This document shows, in pieces, positions 10,153-18,422 of a stretch of DNA of 64,000 nt (positions within the stretch are counted from its first letter, which is position 1; each line of letters opens with the position of its first letter). The notes under the pieces were generated by a model. The model did no database searches and was not told where the DNA came from. It was given only the letters and a program-made list of their open reading frames with translations. A program made the translations under genes and the position numbers. The stretch comes from Bacteroidota bacterium (lineage in GTDB: Bacteria > Bacteroidota > Ignavibacteria > SZUA-365), in assembly GCA_003246455.1 (NCBI GenBank), contig QKAF01000009.1, positions 85,395 through 149,394 on the forward strand, read 5' to 3'.

Positions 10153-11808
10153 TTATCGAAGCAGCATGATTCGCACTGCCGCGGCGCTGCCCGCCGTCGA
10201 CAGGCGCGCGATATACATGCCGGCACCCAGCCGACCGGGATTCCAGCGCACGCTGTGGCTTCCCGCCGCGAAGCGCGTGTCGCGTACGACATCGACCCGC
10301 TGGCCGACGCTGTTAAATATCTCGAGACGTGCCGGGCAGTCGCGCGGGAAGCGCAGTTCGAACAGCGCGCTCTCCCGGACGGGGTTCTGCAGCGCGATCA
10401 GTTCCGGTTTTTCGGGACGCACCTCCACAGGCGACACCGAGACTGTGCTGTAATCGAAGGGCTCGTTGACGAGGTGGTACTGGTCCTCGCTCTGGCCGTC
10501 GTAGTCGCGACGGAGATACGGGCTGAGCAGCGGCGTTCTTTCCTGTTCCGAGAGGAGAATCGGCGTCGGCTCCCCCGCGTTCCAGTCGTACAGGGGAATC
10601 TCATCCGGGATGATGGTCGGACAGAGACCGCGTTCCAGCGCGATGTGGAAGAGTCCGAAGTTGCCGGGTTCGTGTCCCGCGAGCCATGCCCCCACCATAT
10701 CGACGAGAAAAGCGTTCTTGCCGAAGACGAGCACATTGCTCATGAAATCCTGCGGGGTGCCGCCGGGACCCGGGCCGGCGTTGAAACCGTCGCCGTTGTG
10801 GCCGTAAATCCCTTCGATCACATTCAGGCCGACGCTGGTGACGCTGTGCGAATCGCAGGTGCGCTGCGCCCAGGTTTCCATCCAGTACCCGCCCGAGCTG
10901 CGGCCCGGCCGATCCCAGCGCGGTATCCCCTTCGCGAGGTGCTCCGCGTACAGCGCGTCGATGCGCTGCTCGCGATCGGGCTGAAAGTCGACCAGCACGG
11001 AAGGCGGACGCAGGGCCGTCGAATCGAGCCCTTCACAGAAACTGACGTAGGGACTCACCGCCATTCCCTGGAGGTTTTTCACCGTCAGCGTCATCCCCAT
11101 GCCGTGGGTTTTGAATTTCGCGATGTTGAGGAGGAAGGTATCCGCGTCGTTGTAGGGAGCGACATAGCCGATGCGTTTGAAAATGACGCCGTCAGGGACA
11201 TCGCGCCAGATCACCTCCGTGCCCGGCTGCAGCGTTTCGAGCGTCATATCCTTCAGCATCCTGCCGGTGGGGAAATCGAACACGTGACAGCCATGACGCT
11301 GCACGAGCTGTTCGAGCATCGGCCCGGTGACCGCGTACTCGCTCGGGCAGTAGCCGTCCCCCAGCCAGTTCCCCTCGCGCAGGAACATGTTGTGTCCCGG
11401 GAAGCCGCCGTCCCGCAGACCCTGCAGCACGCCGTCCACGAACGGGATGTCGGTCATGATGCCCATGCCGGCCGGCGTATTCCCCGTACCGGAGGTACAG
11501 GTGAGATTCGGCTTGACCGCGACCGCATTGGCGAACGGGATGTCGCCGCCGGTCGCCGCGATGAACAGTTCCCCGGCGAGCGCGGAACCGGCCGAGAATT
11601 TCGCGGCGGTATCGAGCTTGTCGGGCACGTTGGTCCGGCGGATGAACACCGCATCGGGATGCGCGGTGATGAACGGATGGAGCTGAAGCGAATCAGCGGC
11701 CGGGAGTGCATTGCCGCGCATGCGCAGCGGTGAAGCCCCCAGCCTGTTCGCGACCGACAGGCCAGCGCCCGCCGCGATTGCGGTTTCGAGAAATTGCCTC
11801 CGTTTCAT
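10153..11808 (-). CDS. Tat-signal DUF362-like protein with a T9SS-type C-terminal domain
   Basis: Minus-strand ATG at 11808 follows GGAGG. The N-terminus MKRRQFLETAIAAGAGLSVA fits the twin-arginine motif (RRxFL). The central AVKPNLTCTSG block resembles the DUF362 'KPN' core. The C-terminal ~75 aa (…LFELRFPRD…LEIFNSVGQRV…GMYIARLSTAG…) resemble a T9SS CTD. Confidence 0.7.
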   Translation of the reverse strand: MKRRQFLETAIAAGAGLSVANRLGASPLRMRGNALPAADSLQLHPFITAHPDAVFIRRTNVPDKLDTAAKFSAGSALAGELFIAATGGDIPFANAVAVKPNLTCTSGTGNTPAGMGIMTDIPFVDGVLQGLRDGGFPGHNMFLREGNWLGDGYCPSEYAVTGPMLEQLVQRHGCHVFDFPTGRMLKDMTLETLQPGTEVIWRDVPDGVIFKRIGYVAPYNDADTFLLNIAKFKTHGMGMTLTVKNLQGMAVSPYVSFCEGLDSTALRPPSVLVDFQPDREQRIDALYAEHLAKGIPRWDRPGRSSGGYWMETWAQRTCDSHSVTSVGLNVIEGIYGHNGDGFNAGPGPGGTPQDFMSNVLVFGKNAFLVDMVGAWLAGHEPGNFGLFHIALERGLCPTIIPDEIPLYDWNAGEPTPILLSEQERTPLLSPYLRRDYDGQSEDQYHLVNEPFDYSTVSVSPVEVRPEKPELIALQNPVRESALFELRFPRDCPARLEIFNSVGQRVDVVRDTRFAAGSHSVRWNPGRLGAGMYIARLSTAGSAAAVRIMLLR

Positions 11809-11926
11809 CGTCCTGCCTCCGTATGATTGCTGTGTCGCAGTTCCCGATCTTATTCGCTCAATCTCGCAATGGCGCGAACCAAATGCAAAGTTCTTTGACA
11901 CCTCAGCGCGCGCATCGTTCCCTCAA

Positions 11927-11995
11927 ATAAAAAAACACCGGAGAATGCATCTCCGGTGTTTCACTGCTTCCTGACCGGGCCGGCGAAACCGGCCG
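11927..11995 (-). terminator. Stem-loop terminator(s) downstream of the minus-strand beta-barrel protein gene
   Basis: AAAAAACACCGGAGA-atgca-TCTCCGGTGTTTCAC (10-bp stem with an A-tract and U-tract, so it can act in both directions), plus a second GC-rich hairpin GGCCGGCGAAACCGGCC at ~11972-11990. Confidence 0.5.
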
Positions 11996-12017
11996 CGGGA
12001 ATTCACTGCGGCGCGAC

Positions 12018-12719
12018 TTACATTTTCATCGCGACGCCCACCTCGGCCTGCAGGCCGGTGAACACTTTTTGTCCGGTGTACAGGGGATCCTTGAATTCGA
12101 GGAACTGGTATTTCGCGCCAACGCTGATGCCGAACGTCTCCGCGAACATGAAATCCAGGCCCGCTCCGAGATAATACCCGAAACGCACGTAGGTGTCGGA
12201 GGCGCTGACGTTCTGATCGGACGCCTGGTTGATGTCGTACCCGGTGATGCCGAAATACGCGCCGAGACCGGCCATGGCGTAGGGCTGGAGCGGATTGTCC
12301 GGCAGCGGAGCGACCGAGACGCCGATCGTCACGGGTATGATGACCGCGTATGCGCTGTTTTTCTGGATCACATCGAGCACGTCATTCGCGGAGAACTCAT
12401 AGCTGGTGTACCAGCCGCCGACCGAAAGATCCATGTACAGCGGGTGCGAGGCCTGGTTGCGGAAATGGAAATCGATCCCGAGCGCCTGGGACTGGTCGAT
12501 TTTTCCCTGCGTCTCATCGAAAAACTTGTTTTCGAAATCGAAGCCTTTCTCCTTGTCCTTCGGGAACCACGCGCCGACCCGGATCGAGTAGTAATTCTGC
12601 TTCTCGGGCATTTCCTGTTTGATGATGACCTTCGTCTCCCCGGCTTTCTCTTTCTCCTGTGCGACGGCGTACCCGCCGGCAAGGACGACAAGCAGAATAA
12701 CTGCCACAGCTCTCTTCAT
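12018..12719 (-). CDS. Outer-membrane beta-barrel protein (OmpW/porin-like), function unknown
   Basis: Signal peptide MKRAVAVILLVVLAGGYAVAQ. Alternating hydrophobic beta-strand pattern with aromatic residues. C-terminal …AEVGVAMKM, typical of outer-membrane barrels. Confidence 0.65.
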   Translation of the reverse strand: MKRAVAVILLVVLAGGYAVAQEKEKAGETKVIIKQEMPEKQNYYSIRVGAWFPKDKEKGFDFENKFFDETQGKIDQSQALGIDFHFRNQASHPLYMDLSVGGWYTSYEFSANDVLDVIQKNSAYAVIIPVTIGVSVAPLPDNPLQPYAMAGLGAYFGITGYDINQASDQNVSASDTYVRFGYYLGAGLDFMFAETFGISVGAKYQFLEFKDPLYTGQKVFTGLQAEVGVAMKM

Positions 12720-12903
12720 TTCTCCTCCAGATTCGTATATGACGGAATATGCAATGATACGTCATTTCCCCGAAAAAATCGAATGTATTGCGCGGCATCC
12801 GCGCCTTATGCCGCTTCGGTCCGGCGCAGCTCGGACTGATCCCCCTTTCCCCGTTCGGGAATTTTTCGTAACTACACGCACACCGTCAGAGAAAGGCTCC
12901 CGC

Positions 12904-13764
12904 ATGGCATCGCTACGCATCGGCACCTGCAGCTGGAAATATCCGTCGTGGAAAGACCTCGTGTATTCCGCGGACAAAGGCATCGATTTTCTCGCCGAAT
13001 ACGCGGCGAAGTACGACACCGTGGAAATCGACCAGTGGTTCTGGTCGCTGCACGGTCCGGAGAAAATCAGTCTTCCGCGCCCTGACACGGTCAGGGAGTA
13101 TGCCGACGCCGTCCCGGAAGATTTCCGCTTCACCGTCAAAGTACCCAACAGCGTAACGCTCACCCATTTCTATCAGCGGTCGAAGAAGGATCCGCTGACG
13201 GAGAACCCGCACTTCCTTTCGAACGCGCTGTTTGCCCGCTTTCTCGAAACCCTGGAGCCGCTGCGCAAACGGCTCGGGCCGCTGATGCTGCAGTTCGAAT
13301 ATCTGAACCGTCAGAAAATGCCCGACCGGTCGCTGTTTCTCGACAGGCTCGCGGCGTTTCTCGACGGCTGCCCGAAAGAACTCCTGATCGGGGTCGAAAC
13401 GCGCAACCCGAATTATCTCAACCGCGCCTATTTCGACGTCCTCGCTGCGCATCATGCGCATCACGTCTATCTGCAGGGATATTACATGCCGCCCGTATGG
13501 GAAACGGCGGCTGCTGAGGGACCGCGAACGGACGGGGTATCGGTGATACGCCTGCACGGCCCTGACCGGAAAGGCATGGAGGAACGAAGCGGTGAACTCT
13601 GGGATCGCATCATCGAGCCGCGGGATGACGAACTGCGCGCCATCACGGCACTCGTTCAGGCGATGCTCTCACGCGGGGTGGATGTGTTTCTCAACGTGAA
13701 CAACCACTACGAGGGATCAGCGCCGCTCACCATCGAGCGTATCAGGCAGATGCTGCGGGAATAG
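12904..13764 (+). CDS. DUF72 (YecE/UPF0759) family protein
   Basis: MASLRIGTCSWKYPSWKDLVY… The 'IGTCSW' N-terminus is the hallmark of the DUF72 family. Length is 286 aa. The upstream part of the six-frame ORF (12619-12903) is probably not coding. Confidence 0.75.
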   Translation: MASLRIGTCSWKYPSWKDLVYSADKGIDFLAEYAAKYDTVEIDQWFWSLHGPEKISLPRPDTVREYADAVPEDFRFTVKVPNSVTLTHFYQRSKKDPLTENPHFLSNALFARFLETLEPLRKRLGPLMLQFEYLNRQKMPDRSLFLDRLAAFLDGCPKELLIGVETRNPNYLNRAYFDVLAAHHAHHVYLQGYYMPPVWETAAAEGPRTDGVSVIRLHGPDRKGMEERSGELWDRIIEPRDDELRAITALVQAMLSRGVDVFLNVNNHYEGSAPLTIERIRQMLRE

Positions 13765-13872
13765 ACGGCCGAGCATGTCGTCGGCCTGGGACGATGCCCT
13801 GCAGATGCCGAGCGCGAGCACAATCAGGAGCAGGCAACCGAAAACGAAGAGTATGGATATGATGATAACCAT
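13717..13872 (-). CDS. Possible small (51 aa) single-pass membrane protein, antisense-overlapping the 3' end of the DUF72 gene
   Basis: Minus-strand ATG at 13872 lies 6 nt after AGGAGG. The product MVIIISILFVFGCLLLIVLALGICRASSQ… has one strong transmembrane helix. Its last 48 nt overlap the DUF72 gene's 3' end (13717-13764). Confidence 0.3.
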   Translation of the reverse strand: MVIIISILFVFGCLLLIVLALGICRASSQADDMLGRLFPQHLPDTLDGERR

Positions 13873-14258
13873 GACCGCCCTCCTGTATGTAGTCAGATAT
13901 GCGGCATAATGCACAATTCCGGCGAAGAGGTCCAGCCAAATGTTCTTCCGGTCAATATTTTTCGGATTTTTTTTTCGCGAAACCATAAAAAAACGGGATC
14001 TCCATGGACGCATATGGCGATCCCGAACACTCCCCCATCAACCCCGTGACAAGTTCCCGAACTCAGCCTGAAAATGAGTAAGCGTGCCAGGTGTCTGTAG
14101 TGACATGCTGACGGTTTGTAGGTGGGATACACCAGACACGCCGCCTCAGATCCTATTCATCATTCATGTGAGCTTGCATACGGTAATACACCCGCGTGCA
14201 GCCATCTGCAGAAACCTGAAGGCGCATTTCCGTATTTTTTTTCCAATCCAAATACTCT

Positions 14259-15344
14259 ATGTTGCAGGAGATTCCAATCCAGGTAAATTGCGGGCCAATG
14301 AGCCACGAAGAACTACAACAAACCTTCGATTCTCTGCTCCATTCTTCGATCTCGACGGTGCAGCTCAATCGGCTGATCCACCGATCGATACGTGTCGCAG
14401 CCGGTATTCTTCGCTCGCGGTTCCGCCGCTACCTGGTCATCCTCAATGACGCGGGGTACACCGCGGAAAGCGCCGCTTCGCGCTGCGTCGAGAACCTGTT
14501 CCTTCCGAACGAGGACATCCCCTGCGCGAGGCTGACCGATTATCTCCGTTCAGAAAATGTGCTCCGGGGATCCACGCTGAACGGCGACTGTGAACGGGTT
14601 CTGCAGCGCTGCATTTATTTCAGCGTCCAGCAGAACATACCCGAACTGCTCGGGGAATTCGACCCGCAGTATCGGAAGATTCTCCGCATGGTCCTCGAGT
14701 CCATCGCGAAGAATCCCGTCTACCGGCGTCATAAGGGATTTTTTGATGAAATGGTGTCGCGTGCCAGCGACGAAGACATCCGACTGCATCTCCCCGCACT
14801 CACCGCGGACGAGATCATGGCGCGCCTCTCCCGCCGCGCTTCCCCCGACGACGCGACACATGCGCTGATCACCCACGTTTTCGATATCCTGGACGAAGAT
14901 CCCGAGGTGCGGAAAATCCTCCCGATCAGTCAGCTGGTGACGATTTTACGCGATTTCTTCCACCTGTACTGGACCTTCGACAGCGGGGAGGACAGGACGG
15001 AAGGGGAAGAAATGTTCGACACGAGCGATGTCGATCGGCTCATTTCGCCTATTGTGGACGAAATCGCCGGCGGGGTCATCCGGTCGTACCTCAATCGCAG
15101 CGTGATCGGAGCGGACGAAGCAGACCGTCTGGTGTCCGCCGTGCGGTCCATGCTGCAGGACCTGGCCTCGGGTACCGCCGCGCCCTGGTTCGAATACCAC
15201 GAACAGGAATTTCCGGATATTACATATGAAGAATATCGTGAATCCCTGCGCGGACGCTTCGAATACGTGCTCGGCAGCGCGAAAGAGCTTTTTATTCAGC
15301 GATGTCAGAAATATTTCCGCACAGATTTTTCTGCAACTCGATAA
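14259..15344 (+). CDS. Hypothetical cytoplasmic protein (361 aa), first gene of a two-gene cassette
   Basis: Long ORF with coding-like composition. It has no signal peptide or TM segment and no motif I recognise. The downstream zf-HC2 protein starts 16 bp after its stop. Confidence 0.5.
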   Translation: MLQEIPIQVNCGPMSHEELQQTFDSLLHSSISTVQLNRLIHRSIRVAAGILRSRFRRYLVILNDAGYTAESAASRCVENLFLPNEDIPCARLTDYLRSENVLRGSTLNGDCERVLQRCIYFSVQQNIPELLGEFDPQYRKILRMVLESIAKNPVYRRHKGFFDEMVSRASDEDIRLHLPALTADEIMARLSRRASPDDATHALITHVFDILDEDPEVRKILPISQLVTILRDFFHLYWTFDSGEDRTEGEEMFDTSDVDRLISPIVDEIAGGVIRSYLNRSVIGADEADRLVSAVRSMLQDLASGTAAPWFEYHEQEFPDITYEEYRESLRGRFEYVLGSAKELFIQRCQKYFRTDFSATR

Positions 15345-15359
15345 CGGCGCAGGTACTCT

Positions 15360-16223
15360 TTGTTTGAGAAACGAATCGTGATAACGAACCATCCAAATAT
15401 CGAAACCCTTGAGCTTTACGCGCTTCGCCGCAGCGGGCTCCCGACCGAGCAGGCTCTCGTAATCATGGAACACCTGAAAAGATGTTCCTACTGCAGTGAT
15501 ATTATCGAGGAGATTGACGATCTGATGCGGGAAACGGCGCAGGTCGACAACGCCCTGATTGCACGCGAGACCGCGCGGATCATGCGTCTGGCGACGACAG
15601 GCACGCCGGCAGCCCGGAATGAAACGGTGCTGTACCTGATGCCGTCCGCGGAAGCCAGCCCCGCCGACCAGGGCTTCGCCCTGGCCGCGAAAAGCGAAGA
15701 GGCGCAGATCGACTTCCGGCCCATCGCAACCCTGTACAGCGATGACGGACATACACTCCTTCGCATCCTGCACGAGCGTGACCAGGAAACCTATTTCTTC
15801 CAGCTGATGTCGGAGCACACCGATCACATTCCGTACGCCCTGCTCCTCGCCCCGGGGAAAGAGCCGATGATGACCGATCCCGAAGGGGCGTTCCGCATCG
15901 ACGACTCCGAACTCGACATCGTGCAGATCGTCAGCATGTCCGTCTTCTACGCGCTTGACCGCATGAAGGCCGGACGCATTGAAAATTACGAACTCGTCTC
16001 GCACGAAGGTGTGCTTCTCGCATCCGAGGACAGCACGATACACTTTCGCGCCGCGGAGCACGGCATCGACGCCGTGGTGCGCTGGCACGGGGCCGGTACC
16101 ACACCGCCGCGGTATATCGCCGTCGTCGCTCGCGGCATGCACGCGATCGGCGCCGTTGAAAACGATCAGGCTCATCTCGCGATGTCGTCATTCCCCGATG
16201 ACAGCATCGTTCTGCTCTACTGA
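15360..16223 (+). CDS. Putative anti-sigma factor-like protein with an N-terminal zf-HC2 zinc-finger motif
   Basis: The N-terminus …MEHLKRCSYCSD… has the HxxxCxxC zf-HC2 signature of ECF anti-sigma factors. No TM segment is present. Confidence 0.5.
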   Translation: MFEKRIVITNHPNIETLELYALRRSGLPTEQALVIMEHLKRCSYCSDIIEEIDDLMRETAQVDNALIARETARIMRLATTGTPAARNETVLYLMPSAEASPADQGFALAAKSEEAQIDFRPIATLYSDDGHTLLRILHERDQETYFFQLMSEHTDHIPYALLLAPGKEPMMTDPEGAFRIDDSELDIVQIVSMSVFYALDRMKAGRIENYELVSHEGVLLASEDSTIHFRAAEHGIDAVVRWHGAGTTPPRYIAVVARGMHAIGAVENDQAHLAMSSFPDDSIVLLY

Positions 16224-16319
16224 TTGATACAGGACAATTACCGAATACGCAGACAGGCCCCGACGGGGCCTGTCTGCGTATTGATCCGAAAATGCGGAAC
16301 CGAGGATCCGGGCGGGCGG

Positions 16320-18326
16320 TCACTGCACCGGTGTCTCCACGAGGATGGTGACAGTGCGGCAGTAGAAACGTCCTTCCGGAAGGTCATTCGTATACATGTC
16401 CGTCTCGCCGCGTCCGCTCGCGTTCTCCAGGGGAATCTTCAGAGCGCGCGCGGCGGATTTCGCACGTCCGTCAGACAGCGGCTGATTGACGCGCAGTTCG
16501 CCGATGCGGTCGGTGTACCCCGTAATCGTCACCGTCGACGTCGGACTGATGCGCGGCGAGATCATGTTGACGATGCGCATGTTCCGCGTTCCGAGTTCCT
16601 CGGAATTGAAATCAAAGAGAATCAGGTTGTAACGGTCGATCTCCTTGTCTCCGAGCCGCTCCCGGCGCTTCCGCTGGACGGTCAGCTGCTCGACGGGGAG
16701 CCTTCCCTCCTCCGTCGTGAAGGACTGCGCCGCGGCATCGGTCAGGGAGAGCGCGTAACGCAGGTCCGTCGTCGTCCGCGGTATGCTCGCCCGATCCTGC
16801 TGCACCTGCCAGTCAAGTGTCGCCGGTACGGTCTGTTTTCCGTCGAATGCCTTGAGCATGCGGTCGTCCTGGCGGACGGCGAGCGACCACTGGCTTATGC
16901 CCGCGTCGCTGACAACCGCCGGACGGAAGCGAACCCGAGGGGGATTGACGGTTCGGAGCGTATCGTCGATGACGATGGGATCGATGATTTCGGGCATGCT
17001 CGGGTAGATCTCCACGCGCCGGTTTTCCTGGATTCCGTCGATTTCCCCGATGTTCGACGGCTTCTCGGGGAGATTCCTGGCTTCGATCCGCATACGGTTC
17101 GCAGCGATACCCCAGGTACCCGCGAGATAATCACGCACGGACACGGCGCGGCTGCGGGAAAGCGCGGTATCCGCCTGTTCGGCTCCCTCGTCGCTGTTGG
17201 TGCCCACGAGGCGAAGCGTGGCCTCGGGATGCTCACGCATGCGACTGCCGATAATGTTCAGGACGTGATGGTAGGTCGCGAGATTGTCCAGCGGTTTGAG
17301 CGTCGTGTTCGAAAAATCCCCGGTCTCGGCGGAGGTCAGACGCGGGTATCGGTCGGGGAGCGCTGCCTGGTCTTCTTCGAAGAACACGTAGTTGAGCAGG
17401 GGACGCATTTCCGAGGAGATAAACTCCTCGACGCGAATGGTTGCAATCGGACGCTCGACCCCGTCTTCCGTAATCCCGAAAGCTTTCACCTCCGCTGCCA
17501 GTTTCGGCGGCGCGGGCGGCGGGGGCGGAGGCGGAGGCGGGGGTGGCGGGGGCGGGGGCGCAGGCTTCTCTTCCGACGGCCGATAGAGCAGACTGACACC
17601 GAGACGCAGCGTATTGACCTGCCAGTCCAGGTTCGAGACGACCGGGGTGAGGCCGTACGCGAACAGGGCTTCCGGGGCCGCGGTGAGCGTGCCCCTGTCG
17701 TCGAGCGGAAGCTCGTAGCGCAATCCGCCGACGAGGGACGCGGTGAAACTGGACGCGTCAGGGATGTTTCCCGCCGATGCGTTCCTGGTGCGCTGCTGTG
17801 TGTCGACGAACACGCCGCGATCCGGCGGATCGACGATGGTCTCGACCTGTTCGTAGTCCGACGTCACGACGTAGCCCGTCTGCAGACCGCCGAGCAGTGA
17901 CAGCCGGTCGACCAGCCTCCATGCAAGCATCGGTTCGAAGACGATCGCGGCAAGCGCGGCGTCGACCGTATGCTCGAACGTTCCCTCGTAATACGACGGA
18001 GCGACATACAGCATTTCTTTTTCGTCGGCCGTCAGCAGCCCGCTGTAATCGGCATACCCCAGACGCAGAAGCAGAGCGAGTTTCTGCTGCAGCGGGAGCT
18101 CGTACAGCACGCCCAGGGCAAAGCCTGTCCCGTCCCCCTTTTCAAAGCGGGGACAGCAGTTGGGCACGCCTGGCAGCTGCCGGAAATCCGCTGTGTGGTA
18201 GTTGAGGGAGAAATCTCCGAAGATTCCGTAGCGTCCGCGGAGCGCGGCGCCGTCATCGTCGTTCTGTGCAAGCAGGGGCGTTGCCAGAAAAACGGTGAGT
18301 GCGATGCAGAACAGACTGCGTTTCAC
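16320..18326 (-). CDS. OmpA-family outer-membrane protein: N-terminal beta-barrel, poly-proline linker, two OmpA-C-like peptidoglycan-binding domains
   Basis: Signal peptide MKRSLFCIALTVFLATPLLAQ. The linker PAPPPPPPPPPPPPPPPPAPP is encoded by a GGN/CCN repeat at ~17509-17565. The two C-terminal domains show OmpA-C signatures (…TLRLVGTNSDEG…ALSRSRAVSVRDYL…NRRVEI and …VTITGYTDRIGE…LSDGRAKSAARAL…). Confidence 0.85.
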   Translation of the reverse strand: MKRSLFCIALTVFLATPLLAQNDDDGAALRGRYGIFGDFSLNYHTADFRQLPGVPNCCPRFEKGDGTGFALGVLYELPLQQKLALLLRLGYADYSGLLTADEKEMLYVAPSYYEGTFEHTVDAALAAIVFEPMLAWRLVDRLSLLGGLQTGYVVTSDYEQVETIVDPPDRGVFVDTQQRTRNASAGNIPDASSFTASLVGGLRYELPLDDRGTLTAAPEALFAYGLTPVVSNLDWQVNTLRLGVSLLYRPSEEKPAPPPPPPPPPPPPPPPAPPKLAAEVKAFGITEDGVERPIATIRVEEFISSEMRPLLNYVFFEEDQAALPDRYPRLTSAETGDFSNTTLKPLDNLATYHHVLNIIGSRMREHPEATLRLVGTNSDEGAEQADTALSRSRAVSVRDYLAGTWGIAANRMRIEARNLPEKPSNIGEIDGIQENRRVEIYPSMPEIIDPIVIDDTLRTVNPPRVRFRPAVVSDAGISQWSLAVRQDDRMLKAFDGKQTVPATLDWQVQQDRASIPRTTTDLRYALSLTDAAAQSFTTEEGRLPVEQLTVQRKRRERLGDKEIDRYNLILFDFNSEELGTRNMRIVNMISPRISPTSTVTITGYTDRIGELRVNQPLSDGRAKSAARALKIPLENASGRGETDMYTNDLPEGRFYCRTVTILVETPVQ

Positions 18327-18422
18327 GTCATACCTCGTGCAGCGTGGATATTTTCGGACACGTGCGGCATCCGTTTTTACCTGCGTGCCGGTCCCCCCGG
18401 CATGCGATCACTCTGTCAGATC

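Noticed and set aside
14259-15344. ECF sigma factor upstream of the zf-HC2 protein
   Set aside because: The protein is 361 aa, and I could not find sigma-70 region 2.2 or region 4.2 helix-turn-helix signatures. I kept it as hypothetical.
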